Source: a virus. Taken from it: a DNA stretch of 64,000 nucleotides. Positions 28,400 through 38,974 of the stretch are shown here, in pieces (the first letter of the stretch is position 1; every line of letters starts with the position of its first letter). The DNA is taken from the IMG/VR virus record IMGVR_UViG_3300042301_002170. The stretch is one strand, 5' to 3'. Made by a program: the position numbers and the translations under genes. The notes beneath the pieces were generated by a model, which saw only the letters and a program-made list of their open reading frames with translations, was not told the DNA's origin and searched no databases.

Positions 28400-29271
28400 T
28401 GGGAAGAGTTTCTTTTAGTCAATACTCAATGTGGAGCGGATGCCCATATCAGTATAAGTTGAATTATATTGATGGTCTATCCATCTCTACATCAAATATC
28501 CATTTAGTATTTGGTACTGCAATGCACGAAACACTCCAAACTTATTTGGATAAATGTTTGCGTATTTCTAAATCCCAAGCAGATAAACTAATGGATACAA
28601 AAGCATTCTTGAAAGAGAAGATGCGTGAGTTGTATCTAAAAGAATCATTAGATGGTACAAATCCAATTTGTACAAAAGAGGAACTAGTAGAGTTTTTAGA
28701 AGATGGGAATCTTATCTTAGATTATTTCCAAAAACCTAAAAACTTTAATAGTTTCTTTTCATTAACAAACGATGAGTTGGTTGCAATCGAACAACCTATC
28801 AATACTAAAATTGCAGAAAATGTGAGTTTTTTAGGATTTTTAGATATGGTTGTTAGAAATAGAGTTTCAGGCCGTTACCGTATTATAGATTTTAAAACAT
28901 CTACAATGGGATGGAACAAATACCAAAAAGCAGATGAGATTAAAAACGCACAGATTCTTCTTTATAAGAAATTCTATGCAGAGTTATTGAATATATCCCA
29001 AGATATGATTGATGCTGAATTCATCATATTAAAACGTAAAGTATCAGAATCTACAGAATATACAATACCTCGTATTTCAAAACATATACCTGCAAGTGGT
29101 AAACCATCTGTAAACAAAGCATGGACTTCTTTTAGAGAATTTGTAGACAGTGTATTTGATGAAAACGGTGAATACAGACAAGTAGAGTTTGTAAAGAATC
29201 CTGGTAAAAATAAAAAGAATTGTAAATGGTGTGAGTTCTCCCAAAGGGGAATATGTGATGGAAAAATCTAA
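28399..29271 (+). CDS. PD-(D/E)XK exonuclease with a 4-Cys Fe-S cap (Cas4/AddB-like)
   Basis: GTG start; SFSQYS..GCPYQY, GFLDMV, IIDFKT, CKWCEF..C. Confidence 0.85.
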   Translation: MGRVSFSQYSMWSGCPYQYKLNYIDGLSISTSNIHLVFGTAMHETLQTYLDKCLRISKSQADKLMDTKAFLKEKMRELYLKESLDGTNPICTKEELVEFLEDGNLILDYFQKPKNFNSFFSLTNDELVAIEQPINTKIAENVSFLGFLDMVVRNRVSGRYRIIDFKTSTMGWNKYQKADEIKNAQILLYKKFYAELLNISQDMIDAEFIILKRKVSESTEYTIPRISKHIPASGKPSVNKAWTSFREFVDSVFDENGEYRQVEFVKNPGKNKKNCKWCEFSQRGICDGKI

Positions 29272-29282
29272 ATTCCAATACA

Positions 29283-29292
29283 TATAATTATA
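29283..29292 (+). promoter_or_regulatory. Class-B promoter motif
   Basis: TATAATTATA, overlapping a T4-late-like TATAAATA at 29289-29296, just before the GT island. Confidence 0.35.
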
Positions 29293-29302
29293 AATAAAAG
29301 TT

Positions 29303-30685
29303 ATGGCAAAAAAGAAAATATTATTACTATCGGATGACCTCCGAATGGCTAGTGGAATAGCCAATGTTTCCAAACAATTAGTTATGGGAACAGTTGATAA
29401 GTACGATTGGGTACAATTAGGAGCAGCAATCAAACATCCAGAAGCAGGTAAAGTTTTAGATTTAAATGAAGATGTCCGTACCAGAACAGGTATAGTAGAT
29501 GCTTCCGTTAAAATTTATCCATCCGATGGATATGGTAATCCTGATATTATCCGTCAATTGTTGATGATTGAAAAACCAGATGCAATCTTACACTTTACAG
29601 ACCCGAGATATTGGATTTGGTTGTATGAGATTGAGCATGAAATTCGTCAATCAGTACCACTTTTCTTTTACCATATTTGGGATGATTTACCAGACCCAAA
29701 ATACAATAGAGATTATTACGAAAGTTGTGATTGGATTGGATGTATTTCAAAACAAACTTATGGTATTACTCGTAGAGTTTGGGGTTGGGATAAGGAGAAA
29801 CATTGGGTTAAACCTGCAGATTGGCAAGTAAGTTATGTACCACATGGTATTAATTCCGAATTGTATAAACCAGTTGAAGTACCAGCTGAATTTAAAAAAG
29901 AAATCTTTGGTGATAAAGAATATGATTTTGTTTTATATTGGAATAATAGAAACATTCGTAGAAAACAACCAATTGATGTTATTTTAGCATTTGATAAGTT
30001 CGTTGAAGCACTTGCACCGGAACATAGAGATAAAGTATGTTTATTGATGCACACACAACCTGTGGAAGAGCATGGAACAGATTTACCGAGAACTATAGCA
30101 GAGTGTTGTTCACCTGAAACAAATGTAGTATTTGCACCAAACAGATATACGGAAGAGCAACTAAACTATCTTTATAATTTAGGAGATGTAACAATCAATG
30201 TGGCATCCAATGAAGGGTTTGGATTAGCAACCGCAGAATCTGTGATGGCAGGAACACCAATCATTGTAACAGTTACAGGTGGATTACAAGACCAATGTGG
30301 ATTCAGAGATAAAGCAAGTGGTAAGTTATTAACTGCTGAAGATTATGTAGAAATTGGTTCATTACACGATAGACATAAAAAAGCAGGTGTAGTTTGGGGT
30401 GATTGGGTTAAGCCAATTTGGCCAGTTCGTTCAACAACAGGTTCAGTTCCTACACCATACATCTTTGATGATAGAGTTGATTTTGAAGATATTTCACCTT
30501 TGATTATGGATTGGTATAGAATGCCAAAAGAAGATAGAGATGCAGCAGCATTGAAAGGTAGAAAGTGGATGTTGGGAGATGGGTTGTTGAGTAGAGAAGC
30601 AATGTGTAAAACATTGGTTGATGGAATGGAGGGAGCATTTGAAAATTGGACACCAAAGAAAAAATTTAAGTTAATAGAGTTATAA
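29303..30685 (+). CDS. GT4-like (GT-B) glycosyltransferase
   Basis: LLSDDLR..SGIA, NRNIRRKQ, ASNEGFGLATAES. Confidence 0.85.
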   Translation: MAKKKILLLSDDLRMASGIANVSKQLVMGTVDKYDWVQLGAAIKHPEAGKVLDLNEDVRTRTGIVDASVKIYPSDGYGNPDIIRQLLMIEKPDAILHFTDPRYWIWLYEIEHEIRQSVPLFFYHIWDDLPDPKYNRDYYESCDWIGCISKQTYGITRRVWGWDKEKHWVKPADWQVSYVPHGINSELYKPVEVPAEFKKEIFGDKEYDFVLYWNNRNIRRKQPIDVILAFDKFVEALAPEHRDKVCLLMHTQPVEEHGTDLPRTIAECCSPETNVVFAPNRYTEEQLNYLYNLGDVTINVASNEGFGLATAESVMAGTPIIVTVTGGLQDQCGFRDKASGKLLTAEDYVEIGSLHDRHKKAGVVWGDWVKPIWPVRSTTGSVPTPYIFDDRVDFEDISPLIMDWYRMPKEDRDAAALKGRKWMLGDGLLSREAMCKTLVDGMEGAFENWTPKKKFKLIEL

Positions 30686-30686
30686 T

Positions 30687-31958
30687 ATGAAACCAACATT
30701 AGTATTTCAGGCACCAGTAGCAACAAGGAGTGGATATGGTGACCACGCGAGAGATTTATTACATTCTCTATATAAATTAGATAAATTTGATATTAAAATT
30801 ATTAGCACTCGTTGGGGACAAACCCCAATGGATGTGCTTAATTATGATAATGAATTTCACAAATGGGTAGTTGATAATATAATTCCAGGTGTGCAAGAAA
30901 AACCTGACATTTATATTCAAATTACAGTTCCAAATGAATTTCAACCCGTTGGTGCTTATAACATTGGAATTACGGCAGCAATCGAAACAACACATTGTGC
31001 ATTGGATTGGATACATGGTTGTAATAGAATGGATTTAATTATAGTACCATCCGAACATTCTAAAAAGAGTTTAGTTGATACAGTTTATAATGAAGCAGAT
31101 AAGCAAACAAATCAATTAATTGCACAACATAAAATTCAAAAACCAGTAGAAGTTCTTTTTGAAGGATTTAACGAAAATTTTGGTACTAACGATTTTCAAT
31201 ATGTGTCAGAATTGGATGAAATCAAAGAAGATTTCGCATTCCTATTCGTAGGACATTGGTTGAGAGGTGATTTGGGTGAAGATAGAAAGAATGTAGGAAT
31301 GATGATTAAAACATTCGCAATGGCATTCAAAAATGAAAAGAAAAAACCCGCATTAGTTCTTAAAACTTCATCAGCAGGATTTAGTATTTTAGATAGAGAA
31401 GCGACTATTAAAAAGATTAGAGAAGTGTTAGGTAAAGATTATGGACAAGTTCCCATTTATTTACTACATGGTGATTTAACTGAAGCCGAAATGAATGGGT
31501 TATATGAACATCCAAAAGTAAAAGCAATGTTAAACTTTACAAAAGGTGAGGGATTTGGTAGACCTTTGTTAGAATTTAGTTTAACTGGCAAACCTATAAT
31601 AGTAAGTGGATGGAGTGGGCATTTAGATTTCTTAAAGAGTGGAGCAGTGTTATTGGAAGGTGAATTAAAAGAAGTACATGAATCAGCAGCAGACCAATTC
31701 TTATTAAAAGAAGCAAAGTGGTTTAATGTAAATATTTCAAAAGCATTATCAATAATTAAAGATGTTTATAAAAACTACAATAAATACAAAATTGAATCAT
31801 CTAAGTTAGGAAAACAAAATAAACAGAATTTTAGTTTAGGAAAAATGACAGAATTGTTTGATGGTATTTTGGGAAATTATGGTATTTATACTAAAGTACA
31901 ACCTAAGTTTCAACAGTTACAATTACCTAAATTAAAGATGTTAAAGAAAGGTGAGTAA
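30687..31958 (+). CDS. GT4-like glycosyltransferase
   Basis: RSGYG.HAR, DRKNVG, TKGEGFGRPLLE. Confidence 0.82.
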   Translation: MKPTLVFQAPVATRSGYGDHARDLLHSLYKLDKFDIKIISTRWGQTPMDVLNYDNEFHKWVVDNIIPGVQEKPDIYIQITVPNEFQPVGAYNIGITAAIETTHCALDWIHGCNRMDLIIVPSEHSKKSLVDTVYNEADKQTNQLIAQHKIQKPVEVLFEGFNENFGTNDFQYVSELDEIKEDFAFLFVGHWLRGDLGEDRKNVGMMIKTFAMAFKNEKKKPALVLKTSSAGFSILDREATIKKIREVLGKDYGQVPIYLLHGDLTEAEMNGLYEHPKVKAMLNFTKGEGFGRPLLEFSLTGKPIIVSGWSGHLDFLKSGAVLLEGELKEVHESAADQFLLKEAKWFNVNISKALSIIKDVYKNYNKYKIESSKLGKQNKQNFSLGKMTELFDGILGNYGIYTKVQPKFQQLQLPKLKMLKKGE

Positions 31959-32454
31959 TTTCAATCCACTATATAGAAGATTCATTGATGATTCAAATAA
32001 AGTTACTCCTAATCAAATGGTTAGGGGTAACTTTTATATTATTAAAGAATATGAATATGTAGATGGACATAAAGGAAATTATTCGGAAACAACTGCACCT
32101 ATAATCTATACTTTATTTGTATCCAAATCAAAAGATATAGTTCATGCAATTAAAGTATCAAATGTGAATCCACAATTGATAAAGAAATTCTTTGGTAAAT
32201 TTGTAAATGAAGATACTGAATTAAATATTAGAGGTGGTGCTAAAAACTTTTATGAAAAGATAGTAAGTTCAGTACCTATAATATCTAATGATTCGTATAG
32301 AACTTACAAATTAAGTGGTTTAGGAAAGATTACACATATTAATATGGATAATACTCAATTAGTTCCTAAAAACAAATTACCAAAACCACAACCACAACCT
32401 GCGGCAACATTTAAAAATCAACCAACAAACGATTCAATAGTAAAAGAACAATAG
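31951..32454 (+). CDS. Hypothetical protein
   Basis: 167-aa ORF overlapping the upstream stop. Confidence 0.65.
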   Translation: MSNFNPLYRRFIDDSNKVTPNQMVRGNFYIIKEYEYVDGHKGNYSETTAPIIYTLFVSKSKDIVHAIKVSNVNPQLIKKFFGKFVNEDTELNIRGGAKNFYEKIVSSVPIISNDSYRTYKLSGLGKITHINMDNTQLVPKNKLPKPQPQPAATFKNQPTNDSIVKEQ

Positions 32455-32456
32455 TT

Positions 32457-32921
32457 ATGACATCAAAAGAATTTATCCTTTGGTTAAAGGGGTTTTCAGA
32501 AGGAGTACATGAATACAATATTACTCCAAAACAATGGGATATTGTAAAAGAAAAATTGGCAGAAGTTAAAGATGAACCAACACCATCTTTACCATTTGGA
32601 GTTCCGAATACTGCACCAATTGTAACATTACCATATATTACACCTGGTCCATCAACAGACCCGTACAACCCATATAAGATACATTGTGGTACAACTAGTG
32701 GAATATTGACGGTGGCAACCGGAAGTGGTGGAACTATTACATATAATCCATCTTCAACAACTCAATGGAATCCAAGTGGTTCTAATTGGAGTTATACGAA
32801 TAATACATATGTATCATCGGCTGATATGTGGTCAGAACATCAAGCAAGAATGGCACACTATAAACCATATCAACCATATACAACGGGTGGAGAAGACGAA
32901 GTTATAAAAACAGAAGAATAA
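32457..32921 (+). CDS. Hypothetical protein with a Pro/Thr-rich tail
   Basis: 154-aa ORF. Confidence 0.6.
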   Translation: MTSKEFILWLKGFSEGVHEYNITPKQWDIVKEKLAEVKDEPTPSLPFGVPNTAPIVTLPYITPGPSTDPYNPYKIHCGTTSGILTVATGSGGTITYNPSSTTQWNPSGSNWSYTNNTYVSSADMWSEHQARMAHYKPYQPYTTGGEDEVIKTEE

Positions 32922-33544
32922 TGAAAATAAGTTACGCAATTACAGTATGTAATGAATTCGATGAAACGATTAAATTACTTACTCAGTTATTAAACTATAA
33001 AGGAGAGAATTCCGAAATAGTAGTCCTATTAGATACACCCAAAGCACAACCCGAATTATTAGAGTATTTAGAATTACAGGCAAATGCTGATAAAATCAAT
33101 TTGATTGAATCGGAATTTGATAATGATTTTGCACAATGGAAAAACTTTTTAAATTCACAATGTAGTGGTGAATGGATTTTTCAGTTGGATGCGGATGAAT
33201 TATTAGATGAGAATTTAATTGTTAATTTAGAAGAAATTTTAGATGCAAACACAGATAAGGATTTGATATTAGTTCCACGTATAAACATAGTAAATGGTTT
33301 AACGGATGTACATATCAAACAATGGGGATGGGATGTAAACGAATACGGTTGGGTTAATTTTCCAGATGCACAGACTCGTATTTACAAAAACAAACCAACT
33401 ATTGGTTGGAGTGGTAAGGTACATGAAAGAATCGGTGGGTTTGAATCATATACAAATCTTCCAGGTGATGAGGTATATTGTATTAAACATATCAAAGAAA
33501 TTACAAGACAAGAAAAACAAAATAGTTACTATAACACTTTATAA
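32921..33544 (+). CDS. GT2-like glycosyltransferase
   Basis: ISYAITVCNE, WIFQLDADE (DxD), KVHE. Confidence 0.85.
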   Translation: MKISYAITVCNEFDETIKLLTQLLNYKGENSEIVVLLDTPKAQPELLEYLELQANADKINLIESEFDNDFAQWKNFLNSQCSGEWIFQLDADELLDENLIVNLEEILDANTDKDLILVPRINIVNGLTDVHIKQWGWDVNEYGWVNFPDAQTRIYKNKPTIGWSGKVHERIGGFESYTNLPGDEVYCIKHIKEITRQEKQNSYYNTL

Positions 33545-34236
33545 TGGTTCACATATATTATCACATATATTCGATTGAGGGTGTTGAATCTATTATAGAT
33601 GAGCAACTTAAACTTATTGAAACTCATTTCGATATACCTTTTATTCTAAATGTTGGTATTTCGATAGCAGATGATAATTCACCAACCGATACAATAATAA
33701 AAAGATTTTATGATTATCAAAAACCAAATTATAGAATAAGAGATGTTCGTTCAAAAGGACATGAATTTGTTACTTTAGACTTAATAGAAAAAGATAAAGA
33801 AACATTTGGAAATTCGGATTATATTTTGTATCTTCACACTAAAGGAGCATCTAAACAAAAAGATGCACAATACCCAAACATAGTAAGTTGGAGAAATTTA
33901 ATGCAATACTTTAATATTGAAAAAATTAAAAATGTATTTAGAATATTTGATAAAACCGATTTTAACACATATGGTGTATTATTGGAAACTGTAAATAGTT
34001 CGAATCACACAATATATTCTGGCAATTTTTGGTGGATGAAAGCAGAATATGCAAAAACTATAAACATAGATAGTGTTAAGAAAAATAGATGGAACGCTGA
34101 GTTACAATATGTGCAGAAAGGAGTAGATTGGAAACCATATTCTGAATTTAATAAAGATGAAAATGATTCTATGATGCAAAAAAGAAATATTTACGAAATA
34201 AATTTTAAAAGAGAAGATTATACTTCATTAATATAA
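33544..34236 (+). CDS. Putative glycan-related enzyme (GT-A-like)
   Basis: ILYLHTKG..W and YSGNFWW motifs; island context. Confidence 0.45.
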   Translation: MVHIYYHIYSIEGVESIIDEQLKLIETHFDIPFILNVGISIADDNSPTDTIIKRFYDYQKPNYRIRDVRSKGHEFVTLDLIEKDKETFGNSDYILYLHTKGASKQKDAQYPNIVSWRNLMQYFNIEKIKNVFRIFDKTDFNTYGVLLETVNSSNHTIYSGNFWWMKAEYAKTINIDSVKKNRWNAELQYVQKGVDWKPYSEFNKDENDSMMQKRNIYEINFKREDYTSLI

Positions 34237-34239
34237 TTT

Positions 34240-35118
34240 ATGAAAATAACATTCATATACGATTACAAAGATGGGGAGATGTGGTCTACACCATTAGCAC
34301 TCTTAAACGAATTCAAAGAAAGAGGGTGGGAAACTGAAATCGTACCAATTAAAGCAAATGATGATTCAGCATTACAGTTATGGATTCAACAAGATATTCC
34401 AACGGATATTGTATTGTTTATGGATTGGGGTAGAATTGATTCAAAATGGTTAGATAAGAATTTAAAACCAAATACATTTTGGATACAAGAAAGTGGAGAT
34501 GACCCACAAAACTTTGAAAGAAACTATCCAAAAGCAAATCGTTTCCATTACACAATTACACCAGATAAGCAATCTGCACAAGAATATCGTAATAGAGGTA
34601 TAAATGCAGAATGGATAAATCACTTTGCAGATACGGCAGTTCAATTTCCATTAAACATAGAACCACAATATGTAGCGGTTACTACTAGAGGGTATGGTAA
34701 TTCCGAATTTTTAGATTATCTTACACGGTGGGCAGAAGGTGGAATTGGTAATAAGAACGGATTAGATGCAAAAGAACATACTGAATTTTTAAATACGGGT
34801 TTAATGGTAGTTCAGAATAGTAGATGGAAAGAAATCACTCGTAGAATCTTTGAAGGAATGGCGTGTGGTAAATTGGTATTAACAGACAATCTACCACCCG
34901 AAACTGGATTGCGAGATATGTTTGCAGATGGTGAAGATATTGTTTATTACGATGATATGTTTGATTGTATAGAGAAGATGAACTATTACAATGAAAACGA
35001 AGAGGAGAGAGAACGAATCGCACACAATGGGATGATGAAAGTATTACACAACTACACACAAATACAAGTAGTAGATAGGTTAGTAACGGAATTTAATAAC
35101 TTTAAAAAAATTAAATAA
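34240..35118 (+). CDS. GT-B glycosyltransferase (CgeB / Glyco_trans_1_2-like)
   Basis: TRRIFEGMACGKLVLT..F.DGEDIVYY..ERIAHNG..HNYT. Confidence 0.8.
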   Translation: MKITFIYDYKDGEMWSTPLALLNEFKERGWETEIVPIKANDDSALQLWIQQDIPTDIVLFMDWGRIDSKWLDKNLKPNTFWIQESGDDPQNFERNYPKANRFHYTITPDKQSAQEYRNRGINAEWINHFADTAVQFPLNIEPQYVAVTTRGYGNSEFLDYLTRWAEGGIGNKNGLDAKEHTEFLNTGLMVVQNSRWKEITRRIFEGMACGKLVLTDNLPPETGLRDMFADGEDIVYYDDMFDCIEKMNYYNENEEERERIAHNGMMKVLHNYTQIQVVDRLVTEFNNFKKIK

Positions 35119-35339
35119 TGGGATTATTAAAATTAGATTGCGAATCAAGCGTTAAATCTCAAGGAAAATTTGTCACCCAAATAATACATTTTGTAGGTGG
35201 AGAAAAACGAACTTTTGAAAATGTAGAATCAGAATACATTAAACAAGGTCAGTTTACTAAACTTATGACAAGTGATGGTAGAATGATTTTGGTAAATGAT
35301 AAAAATGTATTATGTATAGAAGTATTTAAACAACCATAG
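35118..35339 (+). CDS. Small hypothetical protein
   Basis: 73 aa; translationally coupled. Confidence 0.65.
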   Translation: MGLLKLDCESSVKSQGKFVTQIIHFVGGEKRTFENVESEYIKQGQFTKLMTSDGRMILVNDKNVLCIEVFKQP

Positions 35340-35341
35340 AC

Positions 35342-36082
35342 ATGAAAAAACTACCAATCAGTATAGGAATATTGGCATGGCATAGTGGGCAGGTATTAGT
35401 AGATACATTAACTACCTATTATGAAAATGGATTGTTTGATATTGTAAATGATGCTACAATATTATTTCAAGAAGTAAGTGCACAAGATATAGAAATTGCA
35501 AATCATTTTGGATTGGATTTTATAGGTTTACAAAAAAATATTGGTATAGGTCAAGCATTTATTAGATTGACCGAATCTGCTCAAAGTGATAATGTTTTGG
35601 TATTAGAACATGATTGGAATCTAATAGAGAATAAAGAAACTACATATGAAAGATTGGAATCTGGATTAGAATTATTGGGTGGTAGTGTTGATGTTGTAAG
35701 ATACAGACATAGACAACAACCAGGTAATCCACATTTTTCATTTAGAAATAAAGGAAAAGAATTAACTTATTACGATGATGAAATCGAATGTACCTCACCT
35801 CACCTTTTAGATTCATTGCATTGGTTAGACCCTAAAAAAGAATTTCCTCAACATATTGGACAATTCGGTGAATACTTTTTAGCAGGCTCTCGTTATGGTA
35901 ATTGGACTAACAATCCTTGTTTATATAAAAAACAATTTTATTTAGATACCGTAAAGCCATTTGCAGGAGAAGGTATTACATTGGAAGGAAACATTAGTAA
36001 ATGGTGGGCACAGCAAAATTATAGTGTTGCACATGGTGAAGGGTTATTTAAACACAATGATTGGCAAAAATACGGAAAATAA
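35342..36082 (+). CDS. GT2-like glycosyltransferase
   Basis: NIGIGQAF..VLVLEHDW, WTNNP. Confidence 0.65.
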   Translation: MKKLPISIGILAWHSGQVLVDTLTTYYENGLFDIVNDATILFQEVSAQDIEIANHFGLDFIGLQKNIGIGQAFIRLTESAQSDNVLVLEHDWNLIENKETTYERLESGLELLGGSVDVVRYRHRQQPGNPHFSFRNKGKELTYYDDEIECTSPHLLDSLHWLDPKKEFPQHIGQFGEYFLAGSRYGNWTNNPCLYKKQFYLDTVKPFAGEGITLEGNISKWWAQQNYSVAHGEGLFKHNDWQKYGK

Positions 36083-36093
36083 ATTATAATAAT

Positions 36094-36738
36094 ATGGCAA
36101 ACGGGATTTATAAAATAACGGAAGATTTTGAAAACGCATTAAGTGATTATACAGGTGCACCTTATGTGGTAACTGTTGATAATATGAGTAATGCATTATT
36201 TTTAGCATTATATTATGAGCATCATGTGAAAAATAGTATCACAGATAATTCGGTTAAAATACCTTGTAGAACATACCCATCAGTACCTTGTGAAATCATT
36301 CACGCTGGATTAAAGGTAGAATTTGAACCGGTTAAAGGTAAAACTATTAAAGGTGCATATAATTTAAAAGGAAGTAACGTATGGGATTCCGCATTATCAT
36401 TCACTGCTGATATGTACAAAAAAGGAACACATATGTGTGTTTCATTTACAGGTCCTTATAAACATTTTAAATTAAGTAAAGGTGGTGCTATTTTAACGGA
36501 TAGTGATGAAGCATATGCTTGGTTTAAAAGAGCAAGATATAGTGGTAGAAGAGAATGTTCGTATCACGAAGACCACTTTGATATGTTAGGGTGGAATTTC
36601 TATATGATGCCTGAATTGGCAGCAAGAGGATTGTTATTAATGAACCAATTTTATACGACTAGAGGTAATAAAAAAGTAAATGAGGATTTAGAATTGCCAT
36701 ATCCAGATTTATCTAAATTCGAAATTTACAAACAATAA
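36094..36738 (+). CDS. Short DegT/DnrJ/EryC1/StrS-like aminotransferase
   Basis: FENALSDYTG..VTVDNMSNALFLAL, WDSA, SF..YKH..LSKGGAIL, GWNFYM. Confidence 0.8.
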   Translation: MANGIYKITEDFENALSDYTGAPYVVTVDNMSNALFLALYYEHHVKNSITDNSVKIPCRTYPSVPCEIIHAGLKVEFEPVKGKTIKGAYNLKGSNVWDSALSFTADMYKKGTHMCVSFTGPYKHFKLSKGGAILTDSDEAYAWFKRARYSGRRECSYHEDHFDMLGWNFYMMPELAARGLLLMNQFYTTRGNKKVNEDLELPYPDLSKFEIYKQ

Positions 36739-36740
36739 TA

Positions 36741-36772
36741 TTTGGAATTATCAAATATATTTCGTATATTTA
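36741..36772 (+). promoter_or_regulatory. Bacteroidota sigma70-type promoter (variant)
   Basis: TTTG 36741-36744, 20-nt spacer, TATATTTA 36765-36772. Confidence 0.65.
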
Positions 36773-36790
36773 CACTATAAAACATATTAT

Positions 36791-38974
36791 ATGCAACGCT
36801 TACTTTCTATAATAATACCTTCTTACAATAGAACGGATTTATTGGTAGATATTATAACCAAACTAACTCATAATTTGAAAATATTAAATTTTCATGATTA
36901 TGAAATAGTTGCAGTAAATAGTGGTGTATCCGAAACTAACAAAAATGTAGAAACAATATTTGATGAAAATGTTGTAATATATAATTTACCAAATAGAATG
37001 CAACCTGGTATTGCAAGAAATTATGGAATTGAAAATTCTTCATCTAAATGGGTTTGGTTTATAGATGATGATGATGATTTCTACTTTGATAATATAAGTA
37101 CTATACTTAAACTAATTGAAGATTCTAAATTGGATTTAATAGCACATTCTTTAAAGATGAGTTATGATGAAAATACAAAATCCGAATTGGTAAAAAATGT
37201 TTTTTCGTTCAAAGAAAAGCAAGAATTATTTAACTATATTTTTAAAAGAAAAATAGTTGAATTAAATGAAATTAAATTTTCAGATGGTATTCATGAAGAT
37301 ATACGATATGTAGTAGAATTATTATTACTATCTAATAATATTGAAATATTGGATTCATCTATATACAAAAAAATTGATAGAGAGGATTCCATTACAAAAG
37401 AATTAAATCTTAATAGAATTGATGGATATTTAACTGCAATTAAAGAAATTGTAAATATTGATAATCCAATTATTATTGAATCTAAAAATGAAATTGTATC
37501 TCAATGTTTAGGAACAATTTTATATATCATAAACAAATCAAATACAGAAGATAAAGCTAAATTTTTAGAGTATTTACAGAGCAATTTTTCATCCGAATTG
37601 AGAGCACTTATAACAGAAAAGTATAATAAAAATAATACCAATTTTAAATACGCGGTATCTTTATTTTTAAAACATACTAATGTAGATAAATTAATATCGG
37701 AATTGGATTATTGTTTTAGAACGTATTTATCTTGTTCTGATTTAAAAAACTCTATATTTTTTGGACCTGGTGAAATTATAGGATGTTGTAAAAGATTCTT
37801 TCATAAAGGTAAAATGAAAGGAGATATTGTATTGATGCCAAATTCATCTAATATAACATTAAATACTATATTAGATAGAAAAAAAGAAGTTGAAGATTTA
37901 ATCAATGTAGAAAAGTTTGAAGAATGCGAGGGATGTCCATATTTACAGAGATTTGAAAAAACCGATGATGAAAAGGTAAATTACATTTCATTAGAAAATT
38001 TTACATATTGTAATATGAAATGTAATTACTGCTCTCCAAAATATTATGGTGGCAGAGAACCATCATATGATACGGATTCTATAATTTTTGATTTAATAAA
38101 TGGAGATTATTTGGATAATAATGTGCATATTGTATGGGGAGGGGGAGAACCTACACTAAAACCAAAGTTTGATACTATAAATAAAACCTTATTAGATAGT
38201 AGTAAAGTTTCTAAAATAAGAGTATTGACAAACAGTCTTAAATATTCCGAATCTTTAAATGATATTGTATCAAATGAGAAAATACGAATTGTTACATCAA
38301 TAGATGCCGGAAATCAAACCACATTTAAAGAGGTAAGAGGTAGAGGTAATATATTAAAAGTTTTTGATAATCTTAAAACTTATAAGCAAAAAATACACTC
38401 ACAAGAAAATTTAACAATAAAATATATCTTAACCGAAGATAATTATTTTTCTAATGAATTAGATGGGTTTGTTAAATTACTTAAAGATTATGAATTTGAA
38501 GATAATTTTATACAGATAAGTTGTAATTTTAAATTAGAAGTACCACCAACTGAAATGATATATTCTATATATGAATTGGCGGGTAAACTATTTACAAACG
38601 GATTTAATTTTGTATATTTTGATGATTTAATTAGAGATAGATTGCAAATTTCGGAATCAATGGCAAATGATTTAATAACTCATTTAAAATCGGAAAACAT
38701 ATTTCATAAAAATATCTTATCACATCAAAGTAATGAGAAAGTAATTTTATGGGGCAATGGTTATCAATCCAAATGGATAAAGAATAAAACACTATTTGGA
38801 AAAGCAGGAAAAGTTTCTAAAATAATTTCAAATGAAGAAGATTTAAATGGTATAGATTTAACGGATGAAAACTTAATAATATGTCCAGCTGCTATACAAT
38901 CTTTGCCTGACATTTATAAACAAATTAAAAAATCCAAAGTAACAGATAAAGTTGTTTTTGGTGTATTCATATGA
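36791..38974 (+). CDS. GT2 glycosyltransferase - radical SAM fusion
   Basis: LSIIIPSYNR, PGIARNYG, FIDDDD; then C..GCC..CEGCP, CNMKCNYC, WGGGEP. Confidence 0.85.
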   Translation: MQRLLSIIIPSYNRTDLLVDIITKLTHNLKILNFHDYEIVAVNSGVSETNKNVETIFDENVVIYNLPNRMQPGIARNYGIENSSSKWVWFIDDDDDFYFDNISTILKLIEDSKLDLIAHSLKMSYDENTKSELVKNVFSFKEKQELFNYIFKRKIVELNEIKFSDGIHEDIRYVVELLLLSNNIEILDSSIYKKIDREDSITKELNLNRIDGYLTAIKEIVNIDNPIIIESKNEIVSQCLGTILYIINKSNTEDKAKFLEYLQSNFSSELRALITEKYNKNNTNFKYAVSLFLKHTNVDKLISELDYCFRTYLSCSDLKNSIFFGPGEIIGCCKRFFHKGKMKGDIVLMPNSSNITLNTILDRKKEVEDLINVEKFEECEGCPYLQRFEKTDDEKVNYISLENFTYCNMKCNYCSPKYYGGREPSYDTDSIIFDLINGDYLDNNVHIVWGGGEPTLKPKFDTINKTLLDSSKVSKIRVLTNSLKYSESLNDIVSNEKIRIVTSIDAGNQTTFKEVRGRGNILKVFDNLKTYKQKIHSQENLTIKYILTEDNYFSNELDGFVKLLKDYEFEDNFIQISCNFKLEVPPTEMIYSIYELAGKLFTNGFNFVYFDDLIRDRLQISESMANDLITHLKSENIFHKNILSHQSNEKVILWGNGYQSKWIKNKTLFGKAGKVSKIISNEEDLNGIDLTDENLIICPAAIQSLPDIYKQIKKSKVTDKVVFGVFI

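Noticed and set aside
31951-32454. T4 gp2-like DNA end protector
   Set aside because: Only a loose layout resemblance; the YD..P and N.HYL motifs are absent
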